Positions 1 to 8,925 of a stretch of DNA of 64,000 bases are shown piece after piece. The DNA is from Nitrososphaerota archaeon (GTDB lineage Archaea > Thermoproteota > EX4484-205 > JAAOZP01): the NCBI GenBank assembly GCA_011605725.1, contig JAAOZP010000009.1, forward strand, positions 1 to 64,000. The letters are read 5' to 3'. The notes below the pieces were generated by a model. It was not told the DNA's origin, ran no database searches, and worked only from the letters and a program-made list of their open reading frames with translations. The stretch's first letter is position 1. Each line of letters opens with the position of its first letter. Position numbers and translations under genes: made by a program.

Positions 1-3000
1 CCATACTTCGAGCAGGTCGGGGTCTTCGAGGAGAAGAATGCTGCGGAAATTCTCGGCGTTAAGCCGGGTTTGCTAAGGAGCAACAGCTCAATCGGTGAAT
101 ACAGGACTAGGCTGGTCAGCCAGACGTGGAGGATTAGCGGAGGCATCGTGATGAACGCGACACAGTTTGCAGCCTACAACCGAACTATGAACAGTTTCAT
201 CTCTGAGAACAACCTGCAGGGCGAGTTTAAAATAGGCTGGAGAAGGCTTACGAACGCGACGAGGCTCGCGAAACCCTCTAGCGAAAAAGGCTTCCTAACC
301 CTGATCTACCGTCCTCTCAGCGTAAAGGGAAGTGGACCGCTGAAATCGATTCAAGTGAAGAACTATGCCTGGAGAGACATGGAGTACGAGCTGAAGGTGG
401 GCAGCTACATGGCTCCGCCGCAGCTTGAGACAACCATCTTCGAGAATGTTGAGGCAACAAGCCTGACCGTAGGAAGGAACAGTGACCATGTTTTCCTCTC
501 AGCATCCATGGTTGGCGAGGCCCGTCTGTTGCGCGTAAACCTCAGCTACAGCGGTATGCTTGTCGCAAGGCTGGAGTACGAGCTTAAGCCTGTTGAGTCC
601 GGGGAAACGTTGTTCTGGAGGGGCTTCTGGGACGCGTTGAACGAGCGCCTGCCGGGGATAGCTGCTATGAGCGGAGTTATGATCGGCGGTAGCCTGCTTA
701 TCGCGCTCGGCGCGACTGTTTCAGGGCTTCCCTCGCTCATCCTTAAGGGCTTGGGAACCGGGGTTAAGCTCGCAGCATTCCTCTACTATCTTTTCCGCGG
801 AGTACCTCTGAACATCGGGGAGATCACGCACGCTTTCAACGCTACAGCCTTCCACCTGGGGCAGTCATACGAGTACGCGAGCCTAGCATGCCTCCTGGAG
901 GAGGTGGAGCAGCCAGTCTGCACCGCCCTGCTTGCGAAGGAGTATCTTCTCCACAGCGAGCTCCTCAACTTCGTGAGTACAGGGAGACTCTCTCCCATGC
1001 TTCACAGTATTGAGAAAATAAGTAGGGAGATGATGGAGGTTGCCCGGCCCAGGGGCTTCTTGGCGTCGATTCTCTGGGACGCTGCGGTAGCGGAGCTCAG
1101 GATAGCGGAGAGGATTGCGGAGGACACTGTGATGGATCTTTTCTTCGACGTCAGCCTTACTGATGTTGAGATAGCGCTGAGCCGGGGGGCAGACCCGCAT
1201 CTAAGCGGGAGAGCATGGGGAAGGATCACGGCTTCCCTACTGTCTTTCACCGCACTCGTGCTTTCATACAAGGCTGGGGAGAAGATTGAGGAGAAGGCTT
1301 TGGAGAGCAAGCTGGAGGCTAAGGTGTGGAACACTAAGGGTCTGCTGAACTATCTCGGAGAGAGGTTCTACGCCTGGGTGACCTTCCCCCTCGTAGACCT
1401 TGTCTCAACAATACTCAGCCTTAAGAATGTGCTGGTTTTCGTCGTTAAACACCCTGTTGCAGCAGCCAGGATAGCGAGGCTCGCAATCCTGCTGAGGCTG
1501 AAGGACCTTGGCGAGCAGGTTGGAGAGAGCCTGAGCGGGAGAACAGGCTGGCTCTGGGAAAGCCTGGAGAGCAGGCTTGTCGAAAGGCTGAGGAACGCCG
1601 GCTCCGAGGAGGAGATTGGTAGGGTGTTCGACACCCTTGATGACTGCGGCCTGGTGGACGATGCGATAGGACTCGTGAAAAGCCTTAGGAAAACCGGGGG
1701 AAGCATGGATTGGGACAGGACTGTATTCAGGCTTCTTTACGCGATGGCTGACAAGGGTGTTGACGCGGATGAGCAGGCAAGCATCCTCAGGAGCCTCGAC
1801 CAAGCAGCAAGGAAATGGGGTGATGCAGAGAACTTCGTCGACCTGTTTAACGGGCTGAGAGCCTCGCTGAGTCTGGATGAGGACCTGAGGGGAAGGGTCT
1901 TCCAATACCTGCGCGAGTATGCGGCCGGCGAAGACGGGAACAGGATTCTCCTCTTGACGAGGACGCTTGAAGCCCTTCAGGCAAGGCTGGAGAAAGGATA
2001 CGGCGCTGAGAAGCTGGGGCTCATTCTGGACGAGATGGGAGACATGAACTGCTACAGGTTTAAACTCGGCAAGGAGACTGGGAGCGAGAGCTTCCAGCTC
2101 GGGGGTGAGATAAGCCCTGGAACATACATGGCGACGCTCAGGGTGAAGACGGGGGGCGGGGTGGAAACATTCATGTTCCCGGTTAAGACGGAGACCCAAG
2201 CGTCTAAAATCAAGATGCCGATAAGCGTTTGGAATCAGATTAAGGATCTAAACCCGTATTTGATCGACGTTAAGCTCGTCGACTACAGGCTTGCTTTCCC
2301 AATGGATTTCGCCGTAGCAGGCAGGAGGCTTACCGCAGATGTCTTCACGAACGAGATGGAGCTCGATGGAAGAAAGGTTGGGTTTGAAATCGAAAAAGTA
2401 TCGCACCGCGAGGACGAGCTTCACGTGCGGATAGAGATAAAGAACTCAGTCGGCATACAGGCTCATCAACACCTCGTGCTCGCCCTCTCCCATAGGGGGA
2501 GCGTGGAGCTCAGCCCTCCTGGTGGCGGGACGATCCGCCCGCTTGAAGAAATAAGATGGGTAAACGGGCATACCATCGAGACCGTCTACGTGGTTGAGGA
2601 TGTGCCTCAGAGGGGGCTTTTCAGCTTCAAGTCTGACGACCGTGAAAGCCAGCTTAAGAATGGGCTGTGGGAGAAGGAGACAACGATATCAGTCCTCGAG
2701 GAGGGGGAGGCCAAGCAGAGGGTCAGCCTGAAAACATTCCTGTTCACAGAGCTGGGATGGAAGGCGTACGACGAGCTTAAGGAGAAGATAGAAGATAACT
2801 ACGTTCTGGTCGCGGAGTTCGACAACAACAGGGTGGCGACCTGCAAGAGCGAAGGCCTCACGGTCGCCATACCTGAAGGGGCAGAGGGGATAACGAGGAT
2901 AAGCATAATCTCAAAGGGCAGAGAATTGGAGTTTTACCTTGGGAGGGTAATGGATCCCGAGGCTGAAGAGCTGGATATAGGGAAGACAGGCGAGCTCATT

Positions 3001-3489
3001 CTTTACGAGTACCGTAGGTCCATGCTTCTCCCATGGGAGAGCTTATCCGGATGCGTAACGATAATTCACGAAGGAGAGACTGGGAAAGCCGATTTCCCTG
3101 TAGTGGTAAACAGGGATGTGACGCTGAAGATAAGGCTGGAAGATTCGAGAAGGTTTGAGGTTCAAGTAAAGAAGGGAAATAATGTTGCGATTGTTGAGGT
3201 TACCTCTACAAGGAAGCTGGATGAGATGATGAAGGACCCGGAAGGCTTTGTTAAAAATAAGATGACAACTGGAAGAGGGAACCCTATGAGTGACCTCGAG
3301 AAGCATGCTAAGGAATATGGTGTCAGGCTTGGAGTAACAGGTGTCTTTGCTTATGATCCTGAAAAGGTGTTTCTAGATAAAGGGGAGGGCATCTTAGACG
3401 TCATAGGTAATGTTAAGAACCCGTATATGGAAACGTTTTTCTTCGACGGGGAGAACTGGATTAGGGTGGTGAGCATAGAGGTTGGCTGA
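1..3489 (+). CDS. Giant putative polymorphic toxin 1 (5'-truncated by the window); conserved trunk plus C-terminal PD-(D/E)xK-like domain
   Basis: Frame is open from base 1 (PYFEQVGVFEEK...). Trunk motifs align with the 9407..14308 protein (IYRPL..KNYA/VYHPL..RNYA; FWRGF/WWRGF; DVSL..GRAWGRI/DVSL..GYAAGRI; FYAWVT/LYAWIT). C-terminus has IGKTGE..ADF..IVEVTST. Stop overlaps the next gene. Confidence 0.7.
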   Translation, partial: PYFEQVGVFEEKNAAEILGVKPGLLRSNSSIGEYRTRLVSQTWRISGGIVMNATQFAAYNRTMNSFISENNLQGEFKIGWRRLTNATRLAKPSSEKGFLTLIYRPLSVKGSGPLKSIQVKNYAWRDMEYELKVGSYMAPPQLETTIFENVEATSLTVGRNSDHVFLSASMVGEARLLRVNLSYSGMLVARLEYELKPVESGETLFWRGFWDALNERLPGIAAMSGVMIGGSLLIALGATVSGLPSLILKGLGTGVKLAAFLYYLFRGVPLNIGEITHAFNATAFHLGQSYEYASLACLLEEVEQPVCTALLAKEYLLHSELLNFVSTGRLSPMLHSIEKISREMMEVARPRGFLASILWDAAVAELRIAERIAEDTVMDLFFDVSLTDVEIALSRGADPHLSGRAWGRITASLLSFTALVLSYKAGEKIEEKALESKLEAKVWNTKGLLNYLGERFYAWVTFPLVDLVSTILSLKNVLVFVVKHPVAAARIARLAILLRLKDLGEQVGESLSGRTGWLWESLESRLVERLRNAGSEEEIGRVFDTLDDCGLVDDAIGLVKSLRKTGGSMDWDRTVFRLLYAMADKGVDADEQASILRSLDQAARKWGDAENFVDLFNGLRASLSLDEDLRGRVFQYLREYAAGEDGNRILLLTRTLEALQARLEKGYGAEKLGLILDEMGDMNCYRFKLGKETGSESFQLGGEISPGTYMATLRVKTGGGVETFMFPVKTETQASKIKMPISVWNQIKDLNPYLIDVKLVDYRLAFPMDFAVAGRRLTADVFTNEMELDGRKVGFEIEKVSHREDELHVRIEIKNSVGIQAHQHLVLALSHRGSVELSPPGGGTIRPLEEIRWVNGHTIETVYVVEDVPQRGLFSFKSDDRESQLKNGLWEKETTISVLEEGEAKQRVSLKTFLFTELGWKAYDELKEKIEDNYVLVAEFDNNRVATCKSEGLTVAIPEGAEGITRISIISKGRELEFYLGRVMDPEAEELDIGKTGELILYEYRRSMLLPWESLSGCVTIIHEGETGKADFPVVVNRDVTLKIRLEDSRRFEVQVKKGNNVAIVEVTSTRKLDEMMKDPEGFVKNKMTTGRGNPMSDLEKHAKEYGVRLGVTGVFAYDPEKVFLDKGEGILDVIGNVKNPYMETFFFDGENWIRVVSIEVG

Positions 3490-4132
3490 ACAGAGCCTTC
3501 CGGAGAAGGTGAGGGATTTTCTTAACGAGAGGCATAGACCCTATGAGCCATATGAAGTAAAGCAATGTCCATTACCATGTGAGGAGTGGGGAGTTTGTTT
3601 GGAGGAAATCGATATGTCTGTATGGAAGGATGAGGCCGGGAAGATTCATATTATGAATGATGCGCATCGCCCGAAGGATGTGCTGTTATGGATGGATGAC
3701 CATGTCGTTGTCGGGAGCAGGAGGCCAACGAGTAAGGAGAGCAAGAAGAGGATGTGGGAGAAGAGGGAGGAGATAGTAGGCGAGGTTCTTGAATGTATAG
3801 AGAAAAAGAAGTGGGATGAGCGCTTCAAATTCAAGAGCAAGAAGATCAGAAAGCTGATTGCCGAAATAATGTGGGGCGACGAGGTGGCGAAGATTGTAGG
3901 CGGAAGGCTTGGAGTAGAAATCGAATTCATTACGATAGCTGGCGAATCAGCGTTTGAATCCGTTTTCGACTCAAAGGGAATGAGTGATGAGCAAATACTT
4001 AGGGAGATAGCTAAGAGGCATGAGGCACTAGAGGAAGCATACCACAAGTATATGAGGTCGTTAAGGCAGAGCATGAGGGGGCATGGGGAATTTAAGGAGT
4101 TTTATAAGAAAGTATTTGCGGAGGAAAAATAG
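3482..4132 (+). CDS. Putative cognate immunity protein of toxin 1
   Basis: 216 aa charged cytoplasmic ORF whose start overlaps the toxin stop; paralog immediately downstream. Function is inferred from context. Confidence 0.6.
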   Translation: MAEQSLPEKVRDFLNERHRPYEPYEVKQCPLPCEEWGVCLEEIDMSVWKDEAGKIHIMNDAHRPKDVLLWMDDHVVVGSRRPTSKESKKRMWEKREEIVGEVLECIEKKKWDERFKFKSKKIRKLIAEIMWGDEVAKIVGGRLGVEIEFITIAGESAFESVFDSKGMSDEQILREIAKRHEALEEAYHKYMRSLRQSMRGHGEFKEFYKKVFAEEK

Positions 4133-4735
4133 TTGGACTCTAGTATTTGCGCGTTAAATTGGGGACCTAAAAAATAAATTCAAGGATCGTTAATAATCCT
4201 TGAAAATGAGTGAAAACATGGGTAAGAACTTGCCTGAAAAAATTGCGGCTCTTCTAAGTGGGAAGACGCGTCTCATGAAGTTTAAGAAGTGGGAAGTTTG
4301 TATAAAGAGTCGTCTGGACGGATGTTATAACTCTGTCTGGGAGGATAACGACGGTAAGATTCATCTCCTGGGTAGCGTGGAGAACAGGCCTGGAAAAAAG
4401 CTTCTCTGGATGCCCGACTCCGTCTTTATCGGAAATATGGAGGGAGATGAGAAGAAAAGGATGAAGATGAGGTTTGAGGCACAACGGGAGCTCATGGATC
4501 TAATCGAGAAGAAGAAATGGGACGAGTGCCTCTTGAAGTTTAAGGACAAGCAGATCAGAAAGCTGATTGCCGAAATAATGTGGGGCGACGAGGTGGCGAA
4601 GATCGTTAGCAAGGCGACTGGCGTAGAGGTAACATTCAGAACAGTCGGAGGCAAATCAGCGTTTGAATCCGTTTTCGACTCGAAGGGAATGAGTGATGAG
4701 CAAATACTTAGGGAGATAGCTAAGAGGCATGAGGC
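3843..4735 (+). repeat. Direct repeat blocks shared by the two immunity paralogs
   Basis: 52-bp identical block at 3843-3894 and 4552-4603; 82-bp block with one mismatch at 3945-4026 and 4654-4735; both offset by 709 bp. Confidence 0.9.
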
Positions 4736-4820
4736 GCTTAGAGAAGCTACTTTGAGGTATCATGTGCAAGACAGTACTTCCAGGGGGTTTAAGAGGAAGG
4801 TTTTAGCAGGATTAGAATAG
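4206..4820 (+). CDS. Paralog of 3482..4132 (putative orphan immunity protein)
   Basis: Shares IRKLIAEIMWGDEVAKIV and SAFESVFDSKGMSDEQILREIAKRHEAL with the upstream gene; N-terminal half diverged. Confidence 0.65.
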   Translation: MSENMGKNLPEKIAALLSGKTRLMKFKKWEVCIKSRLDGCYNSVWEDNDGKIHLLGSVENRPGKKLLWMPDSVFIGNMEGDEKKRMKMRFEAQRELMDLIEKKKWDECLLKFKDKQIRKLIAEIMWGDEVAKIVSKATGVEVTFRTVGGKSAFESVFDSKGMSDEQILREIAKRHEALREATLRYHVQDSTSRGFKRKVLAGLE

Positions 4821-4909
4821 CCAACCTACTAAAACTCCATCCCGATTTCCTCTGCCTTATGCGGTGAATATGTTTCGTTCATCCTGTCTGATTGGCCACC
4901 TGGTTAAGT

Positions 4910-5115
4910 GGAAACACGTATATGACGCTCCTCCGTAAATTCGGGGCAGGTCCTTCCACCTTGAGGAGGCAGCTAACGCACTAGGAGTAAAACCCAGCTA
5001 TATGAAGAACCTGCTGAGCGAGCTTAGGCGTAGGGGTTGGCTTATTTCAAATCCTGATTCGAACGATGCGCGGCGTGCCGTTTATAACTTGACCTTGCTG
5101 TTATTAGCGGGATGA
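4910..5115 (+). pseudogene. Degraded winged-helix (MarR-like) regulator
   Basis: Manual translation SFHLEEAANALGVKPSYMKNLLSELRRRGWLISNPDSNDARRAVYNL; frameshifted near 4940; stop overlaps the ATG at 5112. Confidence 0.55.
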
Positions 5116-5307
5116 AAACGGAGAAGGTAGGCTTAACGATAAGCAGCTACGAGGGTGAATATGTTCTGTTTGTCAACGGAAGGATAGTCGACAAGGATCA
5201 TGATATCCAAAGGCTGATCAGAAGAGCCTTGAAGAAGTATAAGCCGGAGGAAAATCTTTATAACGAATGTGATGAGGGTAAGGGAGCTCGTCATAATCAG
5301 GTTTTAA
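5112..5307 (+). pseudogene. DUF5678-like small protein with a frameshift
   Basis: YEGEYVLFVNGRIVDKDHD..LIRRALKKY; removing one A in gaggaaaatc (~5250) gives the natural-looking ending EEIFITNVMRVRELVIIRF*. Confidence 0.5.
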
Positions 5308-5316
5308 GTGCTGGCC

Positions 5317-6273
5317 TCATGCGCAGAACAAGCGCGCGCCCCACATTATTGGTGTTTTCCCTTTCCCTTTAACAAGTTCGATGAGATGCTCATAATAGCC
5401 CTCGTAAAGCTTTGGCGCATCGCTGACACCGCTAAGCTGGTTCTCATCGCCCCCAATATGAACGTAACTAGAAGGCCAAAAATTAATCACCTCGTTTAAA
5501 AGACTGTAACCAAAGTTTCTTGCCTCCTTGCTGCTAAGGTCTAGTTGAAAAGTGTTACCGTTTAAGCTATACTTTGAAAGGCTTGGAATGGAAAGTATGT
5601 TATTCATATGTCCTGAAAGTTCAAGCGAGGGGAAAACATCTATTCCAAGCTTTTTCCCATAGCCAATGATTTCTGAGAGCTCTTCTCTCGTAAATTTACC
5701 TCTGCTCGCACCTATCTCAGGATAGTTTTCCCATGGAAAAAGGTCTTCAAGATAAATCCCTAAGTAGTTATACTTGAGCAGGAAAAGAAATTTTAAAAGA
5801 TCTTTGAAAACCTCAACTTTCGGAACCCCTCCCCTTGCTACATCTAAGTGGAAACCTCTAAACTGAAAGTTAAGAAACTCGCCAATTTCAATTTCCGGTA
5901 GGTAGCCGGGTCTCTGCCTTATTAATTGTAGAATAGAAGCATAGGCAACATTAAAGTCTCCTGAAACCTCAACCACTCCATTTTTCACTCTCACATAACT
6001 CGTAAACGAGCCTGGTAGAGTTGTATTAACAATCTTCCAGCTCCCCCTTGCAACGTTAAAGGCTTCTCCCAAAAAGCTAGGAAAATTGCTAAACCCGTTA
6101 AACTGAAACCACCTTCCACTGAAGTTTAAAAATTTTGGCTCAGGCACTATCTTTGGATATGAATAGTTTTCATTCATTGCTCTCACAAACGTTGAGGCTA
6201 CGGGAAAGCTGAAAAGCGAAAGCTGTATCACAGCCACTAAAAATAGAGCACGCACGCTAATTTTCTCTCTCAT
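5317..6273 (-). pseudogene. Secreted GH20 beta-N-acetylhexosaminidase, C-terminally truncated
   Basis: Signal peptide, FRGFHLDVARGG, ELSGH and catalytic HIGGDE; homology stops at GKTPIMWG, before the barrel is complete. Confidence 0.75.
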
Positions 6274-6423
6274 TTCTAATCAGCACCATGCACACTGCCT
6301 TTTTAAGATTATGAAAATCACGTATTCATCTACCCCGTATCTCAGTCTTTTCCTTGGGGATCGACGAGGCTTAAAGGATCCGTAGGTTCCTTCAACCCTA
6401 CTAAGAGCCTCCTTCTCAGCGCG

Positions 6424-7014
6424 CTACACCCCCTCTATGTGAAGCCACATCTTAACATTATGCTGCTTATAGACCTCATAAACCTCCTTAAAGAACTTGC
6501 CCCACTCCTTCATGAAACCGTTCATGAAATCGATACGGTAGGCGATACGTTGCTCTGGCGTTAGGTGCTCTTCTTGACAGGAGACTCCGGTTCTCCTAAT
6601 ATATTCCTCGGCTATCATCCTATCCTCAGGATTATCTTTTGAGAAGAATGTCTTCGTAAGCAATGTTTCCAACTCATCCTTAACCTCTTTAATCTCAAAG
6701 ACTTCAACTGGCCAGAAGAACTTTAAACCCCTCCTCCAGGTTTTCGGATCGACCCTGATATTGTCGGGGTACTTTTTGATAACCGCATTCACCTTAGACA
6801 TTAAGTATGAAACGTAGGGGTTCTTCTTCGCTTCCTCCACTTCTTTTTCACCATAAGCATAAGCCGAATTAATAATAGCCGGTATGTACTTTAACCCTTT
6901 TTTCTCCATAAGCCAACTCTCTCCGGCCAGTGTCATGTACATCTTCCTCAACTCCTCTCTAATCTTCCTCCGCATTTTAGGCTCGAGTTTAATCACCATC
7001 CAGTACTCAGTCAT
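6424..7014 (-). CDS. Orphan immunity protein, paralog of 14315..14902
   Basis: Full-length similarity (MTEYW...KGLKYIPAII...FSKDNPEDR...NVKMWLHIEGV). Confidence 0.75.
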   Translation of the reverse strand: MTEYWMVIKLEPKMRRKIREELRKMYMTLAGESWLMEKKGLKYIPAIINSAYAYGEKEVEEAKKNPYVSYLMSKVNAVIKKYPDNIRVDPKTWRRGLKFFWPVEVFEIKEVKDELETLLTKTFFSKDNPEDRMIAEEYIRRTGVSCQEEHLTPEQRIAYRIDFMNGFMKEWGKFFKEVYEVYKQHNVKMWLHIEGV

Positions 7015-7020
7015 TCTTCA

Positions 7021-7222
7021 TCAACCTTCATATTTCTCTCCACTTATAAAAATCTCTACTGTGTCTGGGTACTGCCTCATAAGCTCAACTAGGTGGTCTA
7101 ATAGTATCTTGCTCTCTAAGGTTTGGGGGTCGTGTAAGAAACTGTAAACCAACTTCCAAGTATTTTCTTTAGCAATTTCAAGATATCTGCCAGCTTGATC
7201 TATCTCGCTGAGAATGGTTTTT
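7021..7222 (-). pseudogene. Orphan toxin C-terminal fragment (homolog of the toxin 2 tip)
   Basis: Manual translation TILSEIDQAGRYLEIAKENTWKLVYSFLHDPQTLESKILLDHLVELMRQYPDTVEIFISGEKYEG* aligns with the last ~65 aa of 9407..14308; same 6-nt spacer to the immunity ATG. Confidence 0.9.
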
Positions 7223-7373
7223 CGGAGACGGGGAGGAAGACGCTGGTGAAAACGTGACGCATACGTATAGGAAGGAGGGAAACTACACGGTAACCCTAAT
7301 GGTTAGCGACGACGAAGAAGTAGACTGGTGCCTCCTAAAGGTAAGCGTGAAGCCCCGCTTCAAAGAAGCCTGA
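7215..7373 (+). pseudogene. PKD-domain fragment
   Basis: Manual translation WFFGDG..GENVTHTYRKEGNYTVTLMVSD matches the PKD signature WxFGDG..HTY..G.YTVTL; no start codon. Confidence 0.75.
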
Positions 7374-7384
7374 AGCCACCGGCC

Positions 7385-7531
7385 TGCAATACCCTACATG
7401 AATACTTATTATCTAAGGAGTTAAAAGAGCTTCACCATGAATATCTAATAACTGGTGGGATACCCCGCGCCTATATTTCCAATGGATCTATCACTAGGGA
7501 CCTCTATGAAGGTTATGTTGAGCTTTACTGA
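7385..7531 (+). pseudogene. COG1373-type AAA+ ATPase (AAA_14/DUF4143), middle fragment
   Basis: EYLITGGIPRAY..DLYEGYVEL motif. Confidence 0.65.
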
Positions 7532-7746
7532 CACATACTAATTCTCTTTATCGAGATTCGTACTGCTACCGTCTGGAACCATCATTGTTGAGGCCGAATG
7601 GTCTTAAGCAAATGAGTATCCGGAGTTTAGTTTTTCAAATTGATTTGCATGAGTGCTTAAAAACATCTTGATCGTTGTTTAGCAGAATGAGAATATGTGT
7701 CTATTCGAAAAACTTATTTAAAACCTTAACCCTCATTATTACAGCT

Positions 7747-8925
7747 ATGGTTAAGCATGTTTGGCTTGTCTTAGCCCTAGCCTTGCTATCAACCCTCCTC
7801 TCAACTCCTCTGAATGTTTACGCTTCCCCGTTTGAGCTTGCTTATGATGATGGTGACTTTGACTATGCTTGGTCGGACTTCTACCCTAGTGGCGCCGCGG
7901 TCAAGTTTAATCCTCCAGCCTTGCCTTGGAGGATAACCAGCGTGGTTTTCTACGGCCTAGCTTTAGAAAAGGGTGGAAACATGCTTTTCACCCTCGAGAT
8001 AAGGGATCGGGGTTTCACCCTGGTCTACACGGAACAGTACGCGACCTTCCAGTTCTTCGAGAGCGGTACCTTCGGCTGGGCTAGGATTCCTCTTCCAAAC
8101 CTTACTGTTAACGGGGAGTTCTACGTCTGCATCTATCCGTGTTTCTCCCTCGGCGCTACTCAGCTCTGGATAGGTGTTGATGATGATCCCCCGGTCAGCA
8201 ATAGGAGCCTCCTGGTAGACAGGGAGGAGGGCAGGATAGTCAAGACTTGGGATGAGAAAAGCGGTAGGCCGAGGAACTTCATGATAAGGGTTGAAGGTGC
8301 TCAAGCCGTCAGCGTTGCCAGCATAGGCGTGTCCTCCATCAGGATTGGGGAGCAGGGTGTCGAGGTCAGGCTCAACATTGCTTCAAGCCAACCCATCGTA
8401 AATGTTGAGGGAATACTTAGGCATGGTCTAACCTGGGACCCATGCCCCATCACTCTTGAAGACAATGCTTACGTTGCGAGACTCCCGGGGCCGGGGAACC
8501 TTACCGTCAACGTTAAGACCATGGATGCGACTTTCGGCGCAACTATTAACATTCAGGTTGAAGTCTGGAAAGCATACCTGGAGCTTAGAAAAAGGGTTGG
8601 AATGCTTGAGGAGAGCAACCAGACTCTAACCAGTCTTGTTCAAGAGTTGTCCTGGAGGGTTATGGAGCTTAACAACAGCGTGGTTGAGCTTAACGCTCTC
8701 AACAAGGTTTTGGAGGAAAGGTGGCTCAACGCATTGAATCAGGTGCAGACCCTGAACGAAACCCTGGTCACCGTTAGGAGTGAGGCGGAGGCTTTGAAGG
8801 ATGAGAACAACTGGCTAAGGATTACCGGCATAATCTTCGCCACCCTAGCTGTCTTCACTCTCCTCGTGACCCTCGGACTCAGCAGGCTTAGGAAGACCCG
8901 ACGGGGGGAGGAAGCCGGAGAATGA
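7747..8925 (+). CDS. Membrane-anchored secreted protein (signal peptide, ELAYDDG beta-domain, coiled coil, C-terminal TM helix)
   Basis: Hydrophobic N-terminus MVKHVWLVLALALL, heptad region, TM helix followed by a basic tail; stop overlaps the ATG at 8922. Confidence 0.7.
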   Translation: MVKHVWLVLALALLSTLLSTPLNVYASPFELAYDDGDFDYAWSDFYPSGAAVKFNPPALPWRITSVVFYGLALEKGGNMLFTLEIRDRGFTLVYTEQYATFQFFESGTFGWARIPLPNLTVNGEFYVCIYPCFSLGATQLWIGVDDDPPVSNRSLLVDREEGRIVKTWDEKSGRPRNFMIRVEGAQAVSVASIGVSSIRIGEQGVEVRLNIASSQPIVNVEGILRHGLTWDPCPITLEDNAYVARLPGPGNLTVNVKTMDATFGATINIQVEVWKAYLELRKRVGMLEESNQTLTSLVQELSWRVMELNNSVVELNALNKVLEERWLNALNQVQTLNETLVTVRSEAEALKDENNWLRITGIIFATLAVFTLLVTLGLSRLRKTRRGEEAGE

